This document shows, piece after piece, positions 20,471-27,200 of a DNA stretch of 64,000 nt. This DNA comes from Candidatus Nanosyncoccus sp. (GTDB taxonomy: Bacteria; Patescibacteriota; Saccharimonadia; Saccharimonadales; Saccharimonadaceae): NCBI GenBank assembly GCA_045649305.1, contig JAZRPR010000003.1, forward strand, positions 830 to 64,829. Reading direction: 5' to 3'. The first letter of the stretch is position 1. Each line of letters begins with the position of its first letter. The notes beneath the pieces were generated by a model. The model saw only the letters and a list, made by a program, of their open reading frames with translations, ran no database searches and had not been told where the DNA came from. The position numbers and the translations under genes were made by a program.

Positions 20471-20501
20471 AAAATGACCCCAGTTGTCTGTGGGTCATTT
20501 T
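20471..20501 (+). terminator. Intrinsic terminator after rnc
   Basis: AAAATGACCC / GGGTCATTTT stem followed by T-run. Confidence 0.7.
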
Positions 20502-20506
20502 TGTGC

Positions 20507-20535
20507 TTGCCAAAACCCCTAAAAAGTATTATAAT
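20507..20535 (+). promoter_or_regulatory. Sigma-70-type promoter not followed by a plausible CDS
   Basis: TTGCCA (20507-12), 17 bp, TATAAT (20530-35). Confidence 0.7.
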
Positions 20536-20541
20536 GAGCCC

Positions 20542-20857
20542 AGCGTTAGGGAGTGACGTGGTTTTGATTTCGGGCCCTCCCATTTCAAAATTTTCACCTC
20601 ACCCTCTAACGTTACCAGTACCTTACACAACTTAATCAATGCTCTGCTAGCGCGACATCAATGCCAAGTCAACACATAGAATTCTTCAAACCGCCGGACC
20701 TGCTCTTCGGAGCAACCGCTTCTTGGAATCGCTGCACTGATTAAGTTTCGCCCATGGGTTGCTATTCCGGCAGAGAATAACAACCACTACCTTACCCCCC
20801 AGCCCCCTTTATGGGCTGGGGGCTCCTAAGTTTTAAGGGGTAGTGACCCCTCTTTTT
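20542..20857 (+). ncRNA. Candidate ~315-nt structured non-coding RNA, family not recognised
   Basis: Follows a consensus promoter, has five or more stems including C(UUCG)G, and ends in AGGGG-tagtga-CCCCT + T-run. Strand not fully certain. Confidence 0.5.
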
Positions 20858-20858
20858 G

Positions 20859-20887
20859 TTGACTAAACATAAGAAATATGATATAAT
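20859..20887 (+). promoter_or_regulatory. Sigma-70-type promoter of orphan ORF
   Basis: TTGACT-17 bp-TGaTATAAT. Confidence 0.7.
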
Positions 20888-20921
20888 TAAAGAGTATGCT
20901 ATGAGAAGGGAGGTGTTCTAT

Positions 20922-21455
20922 GTGGCATATCGTGAAAACCCATTCGGGTTTGAAGAGCGCGACGATCCGCGCACGTGGGGCCAAGCTGTTGTCCTTAGTG
21001 ATGACGAAGTGATCTGGGATATCCCAGACCTCAGTTCAAAATCCGAGATACAGCAGCTGGCTGGCGAGGAGCTAAAGCAACATTATGCGTGGCTACTCGA
21101 CATGATGTGCAATGCGGCAACTATCTGCTACATTCAGCGGGCACTTGATTACCGCTACTGCAGCTGGGCACAGGAGTCTCTTCAAAGGCGCTACCTTGCC
21201 AAAAGTTCTCGTGAGCGAGTGGACGAAATTACACTCGCGTACAAAGAGATCGAGGGCCGCAGAGAGAAGCTAGCCATTGGCGCAGCTAAATTCACTAACA
21301 AGTACAAACTGTACTTAGGCGAAGGAAGGCTAACCGCCAAATGGCTCATCAACCACAGTAAAGAGGAACATCTCAAGTTTTTCCGCGAAATGCAGAAAAA
21401 AGGAGAATGGTTTCTCTTTAGCGAGTATGATTTGCTCGCCGAATTCTACGAATAG
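20922..21455 (+). CDS. Hypothetical cytoplasmic protein (177 aa)
   Basis: GTG start 8 nt after GGAGG; own promoter and downstream hairpin; no motif recognised. Confidence 0.7.
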   Translation: MAYRENPFGFEERDDPRTWGQAVVLSDDEVIWDIPDLSSKSEIQQLAGEELKQHYAWLLDMMCNAATICYIQRALDYRYCSWAQESLQRRYLAKSSRERVDEITLAYKEIEGRREKLAIGAAKFTNKYKLYLGEGRLTAKWLINHSKEEHLKFFREMQKKGEWFLFSEYDLLAEFYE

Positions 21456-21535
21456 AGCCTCGGGATAATCTCGGGGCCTTATTTTTTCTAAAGAATAGTG
21501 TATAATAGGGCAATACTAAATTTAAAGGAGAAATC

Positions 21536-22000
21536 ATGCTCGCGATTCGCATGCAACGTAATGGCCGTGCACATCTTCCGATGTACAGGATAGTCGTCCA
21601 AGAAGCGCAGCGTCACCCTCTTTCAGGTCGTGTCGTTGCTGAGGTCGGCAATTACAACCCAGCAACCAAAAAAGTAGTCCTCGACTCTGAAAAGGTCGAA
21701 TTCTACCTTAAGAATGGTGCTAAACCATCTTCTCGCGTCGCCTTCGTCTTCAAGAAGAATGGCGTCAAGCTCCCGGATTGGTACAAAGAAGCTCCTGCTA
21801 AGTCTGCCAAGGGCAAACACCACGACAAACTTCGCAAGAACCAACCAAAGGAAGAGCCAGTAGAAGAAGCTCCAGTTGAAGCCGCTGAGGCTCCAGCCGA
21901 GGAAGCTCCTGTTGAAGCCGCCGAAGCCCCTGCAGAAGAGGCTCCAGCTGCTGAAGAAGCTCCAGCCGAAGAAGCACCAGCTGAAACACCTGCTGAGTAA
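21536..22000 (+). CDS. rpsP: 30S ribosomal protein S16 with acidic Ala/Pro repeat tail
   Basis: MLAIRMQRNGR.H.P.YRIVV, EVGNYNP, YLKNGAKPS.RV. Confidence 0.95.
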   Translation: MLAIRMQRNGRAHLPMYRIVVQEAQRHPLSGRVVAEVGNYNPATKKVVLDSEKVEFYLKNGAKPSSRVAFVFKKNGVKLPDWYKEAPAKSAKGKHHDKLRKNQPKEEPVEEAPVEAAEAPAEEAPVEAAEAPAEEAPAAEEAPAEEAPAETPAE

Positions 22001-22006
22001 TTAATC

Positions 22007-22037
22007 AAAATAGCCCCCTTAAAAGGGGCTATTTTTT
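22007..22037. terminator. Bidirectional-type terminator after rpsP
   Basis: AAAATAGCCCC / GGGGCTATTTT. Confidence 0.75.
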
Positions 22038-22086
22038 GTGCTATACTGTGCGTGTTGGCGATCAAAACCAAAAGGGGGTGATTAAA

Positions 22087-22926
22087 ATGAAGAAAACGCC
22101 AAAGCATCATTACAAGGATTCGCACGTGCATACAAAAATCAGCCATGATGGCGAAGCATCGTTTATCGAATATCTCGAGTACGCCAAGGAGCGCAACGTC
22201 GATGAGGTTACCTTTACGGAGCATTACGACATCTACGACGGCGTCGACTCTAAACTCACGACTCTGAATATTCCGCGCTACTGGCAAGCGTATCTCACTG
22301 AGACTATGCGCTCCAACATCCGGACGAATTTTGGTATCGAAATCGGCCTGCGCCCAGAGTGCGCGCAAAAGATTAAACGAATGACTGCCGAATATCGGTT
22401 CGACTTTATCATCGGCTCCTCGCATATTACGAGAGGTAAGGATATGTCAATGGACCCGAGTTTCTTTAGCGGCCTCACCATGAAGGAGGCTTACGACGAG
22501 TATTTTAAAGAGATCCGCGAAAATATCGATATCTTTGACGATTTCGATGTTTACGGTCATCTCGACTACGTCGTTCGCTACGGTGGCTATGGCTGTGAGC
22601 GCATTAACTACGAAGATTTTGCTAAGATTTTGGACGATATCCTGACGGCATTAATCAAGAAAGGCAAAGGTCTTGAAATTAATACCTCTGGCTATCGCTA
22701 TGGACTGAGCTATGCTCATCCAAACGCTGAAATTTTGCAGCGTTACCACGATCTGGGTGGCAAAATCATCACACTCGGTTCCGATGCGCACGAGAGCAAG
22801 TATCTGGCGAGTCATTTCGACGACGCCTATGAACTGCTCGAAAAAATCGGCTTTAAGGAGATTGCTGTATTCCATCGTCGCGATCCTGTATTCTACGAAA
22901 TCGCAACATTAAAAAATCACGCTTGA
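22087..22926 (+). CDS. PHP-family phosphatase (HisJ/HisK histidinol-phosphatase-like)
   Basis: DSHVHT..SHDG, FTEHYD, IIGSSH, YGHLDY, LEINTSG, TLGSDAH. Start ATG 22087 after GGGGGTG. Confidence 0.85.
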   Translation: MKKTPKHHYKDSHVHTKISHDGEASFIEYLEYAKERNVDEVTFTEHYDIYDGVDSKLTTLNIPRYWQAYLTETMRSNIRTNFGIEIGLRPECAQKIKRMTAEYRFDFIIGSSHITRGKDMSMDPSFFSGLTMKEAYDEYFKEIRENIDIFDDFDVYGHLDYVVRYGGYGCERINYEDFAKILDDILTALIKKGKGLEINTSGYRYGLSYAHPNAEILQRYHDLGGKIITLGSDAHESKYLASHFDDAYELLEKIGFKEIAVFHRRDPVFYEIATLKNHA

Positions 22927-22986
22927 TGGCGTGGTTTTTTAATTGTATAATAAAATCATTAACAATTTAACGGAGAAAACCCCGCA

Positions 22987-23418
22987 ATGGCAACCATTGA
23001 CCAACAATTCGTAGAATATATCGTAAAAACCCTCGTAAACAATCCCGACAAAGTTTCCGTTGATCGCATCATTGATGAAAAAGGCGTATTACTATCTCTT
23101 ACCGTCGACCCAGAAGATATCGGTCGCGTAATCGGCAAACGCGGTGCTACCGCCCAGTCACTTCGCACCCTGCTTCGCGCCCTTGGTACCAAGAATGACG
23201 CTCGTTACAACCTCAAGATTGTCAACTCAGACGAAGAAGGTGGTGCTAAGCCAGCCGCTAAAGCCGAAAAACCAGCTGAAGCTGCCGAAGCTCCAGCAGA
23301 AGCTCCAGTCGAAGATGATATCATCGACGACGAACCAGAAGAAGAAGCCGAAGAGTCATCCGCTCTTGCCGAAAAAACTCGTGCCGAGCTTGCTGATCTC
23401 GACGACCTCGACATCTAA
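22987..23418 (+). CDS. khpA: KH-domain RNA-binding protein KhpA with acidic tail
   Basis: FVEYIVKTLVNNPDKV, DIGRVIGKRGATA (GxxG). Confidence 0.88.
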   Translation: MATIDQQFVEYIVKTLVNNPDKVSVDRIIDEKGVLLSLTVDPEDIGRVIGKRGATAQSLRTLLRALGTKNDARYNLKIVNSDEEGGAKPAAKAEKPAEAAEAPAEAPVEDDIIDDEPEEEAEESSALAEKTRAELADLDDLDI

Positions 23419-23471
23419 TTAAAGAAACAGAAAGCAGGGCCAAAAGCCCTGTTTTTTGTTGAAAAAAGTCC

Positions 23472-23602
23472 TTGACTCACCGCATTATATAGGATAAAAT
23501 AAGCATAAGCTAACTAACTGCGAGTTAACTTACACAGATTGCACAATCGTTGAGAGCTTATCTATGTCTAGAAATCCACCTTTTACCCTAAGGTGGTTTT
23601 TT
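23472..23602 (+). ncRNA. Candidate ~95-nt small RNA (promoter 23472-23500, transcript ~23507-23602)
   Basis: TTGACT-17-TAAAAT; internal short stems; terminator AAATCCACCTT/AAGGTGGTTTT + T-run; no ORF. Confidence 0.35.
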
Positions 23603-23638
23603 GGGCCAAAAAATGCTGCAAAAACTCCTTAAAAACCC

Positions 23639-23824
23639 TTGTCAAAAAACCAAAAAAGGAGTAAACTAATTCTAAGAAGTATAGTGTGACATATTTTTGG
23701 TTGTCATCCGAACCGGCAATTCGGTTGATAAAATATGTCAGTAATCTTCGGCGCTGAGATTCTTGTTCATCTAAGTAACAGGGGTCAAAAAAGATTATTA
23801 AACTAAAAACAAGAAGGGTATCTA
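23639..23824 (+). promoter_or_regulatory. rpoB promoter and ~150-nt structured 5' leader
   Basis: TTGTCA-17-TAAACT; 11-bp stem TGACATATTTT 23687-97 / AAAATATGTCA 23730-40 enclosing CCGAA/TTCGG; further AATCT/AGATT hairpin. Confidence 0.55.
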
Positions 23825-26800
23825 GTGAGTACTAAACCGAAAAACGGTGAACGTATGTTTTTCACCGAAGGTGACCAAGCACTCCCAATTCCTGATTTGA
23901 TTGCACATCAAAAGGATTCTTGGGAAGACTTTGTCAAAAACGGACTCCGCGAGATTTTTACCGAGCTTAATCCAATCGACGATTACACCGGCCAAAAACT
24001 CTCTCTCCGTTTCAAAGATTATTATTTTAAAGAGCCGAAGCAAACCGAGCGCGATGCGAAATACAACCTCGCCACCTACGAGGCGCCTCTCCATGTCTTG
24101 GTTGAGCTAGAAAACAAGGTAACCGGCACCAAAAAAGAGCAAGACATCTACTTTGGTGACTATCCTTGGATGACCGACCGTGCCACCTTTATCATCAATG
24201 GCACCGAGCGCGTGATCGTCTCCCAGTTGATTCGTTCTGCTGGCGTGTTCTTTACCGCTGACCACGTTGGTCTTCGCAACTACTACGGCGCTAAGGTGAT
24301 TCCTGGCCGTGGTGCTTGGCTCGAATTCGAGACCGCTGCAAACGGTTCTATCAACGTCAAGATCGACCGCCGTCGCAAAGTCCCAGTCACGACTTTCATG
24401 CGCGCACTTGGCATGACCAAATCCGAAATCAAGAGCAAATTCGAACAAGTCGATACCGGCGAAATCAATTACATTGATTCTACTTTCGAAAAAGACACCA
24501 CCTCTACTCAAGGTGAAGCCTTGCTCGAAGTCTACCGCCGTCTTCGCCCAGGCGATCTCGCTACGGTCGAGAACGCTAAATCAATGATTGAACGCACTTT
24601 CTTCGATCCAAAGCGTTACGACTACAGCAATGTTGGTCGCTTTAAGATCAATAGCCGTCTTGGCTTTGATACGCCAAACGATTCTGCGCATCGCACCCTC
24701 CAAATGGAAGATTTGATCGCAATCGTTGCTGAAATCATTCGCCTCAACAACACCCAAGAGCCAGCCGATGATATCGACTCTCTTGCTAACCGCCGTGTTA
24801 AATTGGTTGGTGAACTTGTCCAACGTCAATTCCGTCTTGGTATGCTTCGCCTCCAGCGCAACATCCTCGACCGTATGTCGATGGCTAACCCAGAAGAAGT
24901 TACCCCATCACAACTCCTTAACTCCCGCCCAGTCGTGGCTGCTGTTAAAGAGTTCTTCGCTAGCTCACAGCTCAGCCAGTTGATGGATGAAACCAACCCA
25001 TTCTCTGAGCTCGCTCACAAGCGTCGTCTAAGCTCGATGGGTCCTGGTGGTCTTACCCGTGAACGTGCCGGCTTCGATGTCCGTGACGCCCACCCAACCC
25101 ACTACGGCCGCATCTGTACCGTTGAAACCCCAGAAGGTGGTAACGTCGGTCTCGTGCTTAACCTTGCTACTTATGCTCGCATCAACGAGTATGGCTTCAT
25201 CGAAGCGCCATACCGCGTCGTTAAAAACGGCAAAGTTACCGATGAGGTTGTCTACGTTGACGCTGCTGCTGAAAACGATATGATTATCGCTGACGCATCT
25301 GTTAAATTGAATAAAGATGGTAAATTCGTTGAGGAATGGGTTTCTGCTCGTGTCCACGGCGCGCCAGCCCAGGTCGAGTCGAAAAACGTTACTCATATCG
25401 ATGCTGCCCACAAGGAAATTCTTGGTGTTTCAGCTAGCTTGATTCCATTCGTCGAGAAAAACCGTGTCGACCGCTCCCTCATGGCCTGCGCCATGCAGAA
25501 ACAGGCAGTCCCACTACTTAAGACCGATAATCCAATCGTTGGTACCGGTATCGAGAGTGAAGTCGCTAAGAACACTTCACAGGTTGTCTTTGCCGAAGGC
25601 GCCGGTGTCGTGAAAAAAGCCGATGGCGAATCTGTTGTCATCACCTACGATAAGGGTGGCGACAAAGAATACAAACTCGTCCACTTCGAGAAAACCAATG
25701 ATGACCGCTGCTACAACCAACACTGCCGCGTCGCTCGTGGCCAAAAGGTTAAAAAAGGCGACATCATTATCGAAGGTGCTTCTATCAACAATGGCGAACT
25801 CGCCCTCGGTCGCGACCTTCTCGTCGCCTTCATGCCATGGCGTGGTTACAACATGGATGATGCTATCGTCATCTCCAACCGTCTCGTCGAAGACGATACT
25901 TTGACCTCTATCAACATCAAAGACTTCGACGTAGAAGTTCGTGAAACTAAACTTGGTCCAGAACAAGTTACCCGTGATATTCCAAACGTTTCCGAACACT
26001 CTCTCCGCCACCTTGGCGAAGATGGTATCGTAACCGTTGGTTCCGAAGTTGCTCCTGGCGACATCCTCGTTGGTAAAATTACGCCAAAGGGTGAGCAAGA
26101 GCTCAGCTCTGAGGAACGCCTCCTTCGCGCTATCTTCGGTGAAAAAGCCAAAGACGTCCGCGATACTTCAGTTCGTATGAACGGCTCTTCAACTGGTAAA
26201 GTTGTCGACGTTCGTGTTTACACTCGTGAACAAGGCCACGAACTCAAGGCCGGTGTGCTTATGCAAATTAAAATCTTCGTCGCTGAAATGCGCAAAATCG
26301 GCGTCGGTGATAAGCTTGCAGGTCGCCACGGTAACAAGGGTGTGGTCTCCCGTGTTCTCCCAGTAGAAGATATGCCATTCATGGCTGACGGTACTCCAAT
26401 CGATGTAGTGCTTTCGCCAATGGGTGTGCCTTCTCGTATGAACCTCGGTCAGCTCTTCGAAACTCACCTTGGTATGGCTGCTCGCGCTCTTGGTTACAAG
26501 GTCGCAACCCCATCCTTCAACGGTGTCCCAGATGAAAAAATCAGTGACGAGCTCGAAAAAGCCGGCTTCGACCGCGATGGTCGTGTCCAACTCTTCGACG
26601 GTCTCACTGGTGAACCATTCGAAGAACGCACCTCGGTTGGTGTGATGCACATGCTCAAACTTCACCACATGGTCGAAGATAAGATTCACGCCCGTTCAAC
26701 TGGTCCTTACACCATGGTTACCCAACAGCCACTCGGTGGTAAAGCCCAGAACGGTGGTCAGCGCTTCGGTGAAATGGAGGTGTGGGCCCTTGAAGCTTAC

Positions 26801-27199
26801 GGTGCTGCTACCACGCTTCAGGAAATGCTCACCATCAAATCTGATGACGTCTACGGTCGTGCTAAGGCCTATGAGTCGATCATCAAACGTGAACCAATCG
26901 AAGGTCCAAAGCTTCCAGAAGGCTTTAACGTGCTCGTGAAAGAGCTTCAAGGTCTCGGCCTCAAAGTCGACCTCCTTGATCACGGCGAAGCTACGGATGC
27001 TGGCGACGTAATCGAAAAGACCTCACGCGAGATTGAACGCACCAAAGATGACCAATCGATTTACGATCAACACAAGAAAGATACCGAACCAGAAATCATC
27101 GACCTTGACGCCGAGGAAGAAGCTGCTCTGGATGATGAAGGTATGGAAATAATAGAAGAAGAGGACGACGGCACAGTCGACCTCGGAGAGGAGTTCTAA
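23825..27199 (+). CDS. rpoB: DNA-directed RNA polymerase beta subunit
   Basis: FIINGTERVIVSQL, GDKLAGRHGNKG, GGQRFGEME.WAL motifs. Confidence 0.99.
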   Translation: MSTKPKNGERMFFTEGDQALPIPDLIAHQKDSWEDFVKNGLREIFTELNPIDDYTGQKLSLRFKDYYFKEPKQTERDAKYNLATYEAPLHVLVELENKVTGTKKEQDIYFGDYPWMTDRATFIINGTERVIVSQLIRSAGVFFTADHVGLRNYYGAKVIPGRGAWLEFETAANGSINVKIDRRRKVPVTTFMRALGMTKSEIKSKFEQVDTGEINYIDSTFEKDTTSTQGEALLEVYRRLRPGDLATVENAKSMIERTFFDPKRYDYSNVGRFKINSRLGFDTPNDSAHRTLQMEDLIAIVAEIIRLNNTQEPADDIDSLANRRVKLVGELVQRQFRLGMLRLQRNILDRMSMANPEEVTPSQLLNSRPVVAAVKEFFASSQLSQLMDETNPFSELAHKRRLSSMGPGGLTRERAGFDVRDAHPTHYGRICTVETPEGGNVGLVLNLATYARINEYGFIEAPYRVVKNGKVTDEVVYVDAAAENDMIIADASVKLNKDGKFVEEWVSARVHGAPAQVESKNVTHIDAAHKEILGVSASLIPFVEKNRVDRSLMACAMQKQAVPLLKTDNPIVGTGIESEVAKNTSQVVFAEGAGVVKKADGESVVITYDKGGDKEYKLVHFEKTNDDRCYNQHCRVARGQKVKKGDIIIEGASINNGELALGRDLLVAFMPWRGYNMDDAIVISNRLVEDDTLTSINIKDFDVEVRETKLGPEQVTRDIPNVSEHSLRHLGEDGIVTVGSEVAPGDILVGKITPKGEQELSSEERLLRAIFGEKAKDVRDTSVRMNGSSTGKVVDVRVYTREQGHELKAGVLMQIKIFVAEMRKIGVGDKLAGRHGNKGVVSRVLPVEDMPFMADGTPIDVVLSPMGVPSRMNLGQLFETHLGMAARALGYKVATPSFNGVPDEKISDELEKAGFDRDGRVQLFDGLTGEPFEERTSVGVMHMLKLHHMVEDKIHARSTGPYTMVTQQPLGGKAQNGGQRFGEMEVWALEAYGAATTLQEMLTIKSDDVYGRAKAYESIIKREPIEGPKLPEGFNVLVKELQGLGLKVDLLDHGEATDAGDVIEKTSREIERTKDDQSIYDQHKKDTEPEIIDLDAEEEAALDDEGMEIIEEEDDGTVDLGEEF

Positions 27200-27200
27200 T

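Noticed and set aside
20661-20744. 27-aa ORF MPSQHIEFFKPPDLLFGATASWNRCTD inside the candidate ncRNA
   Set aside because: No SD, not leaderless, buried in stems; likely chance, though not disproven.
20620-20760. Hammerhead-like CGAAAC-stem-GUU on the minus strand, or a retron msr-msd
   Set aside because: The CUGANGA core and a complementary stem I are missing; no reverse transcriptase nearby.
24955-25045. Rifampicin-resistance region differences in RpoB (F514L, L533M equivalents)
   Set aside because: Key contacts Q513, D516, H526 and S531 are retained; no phenotype can be inferred.
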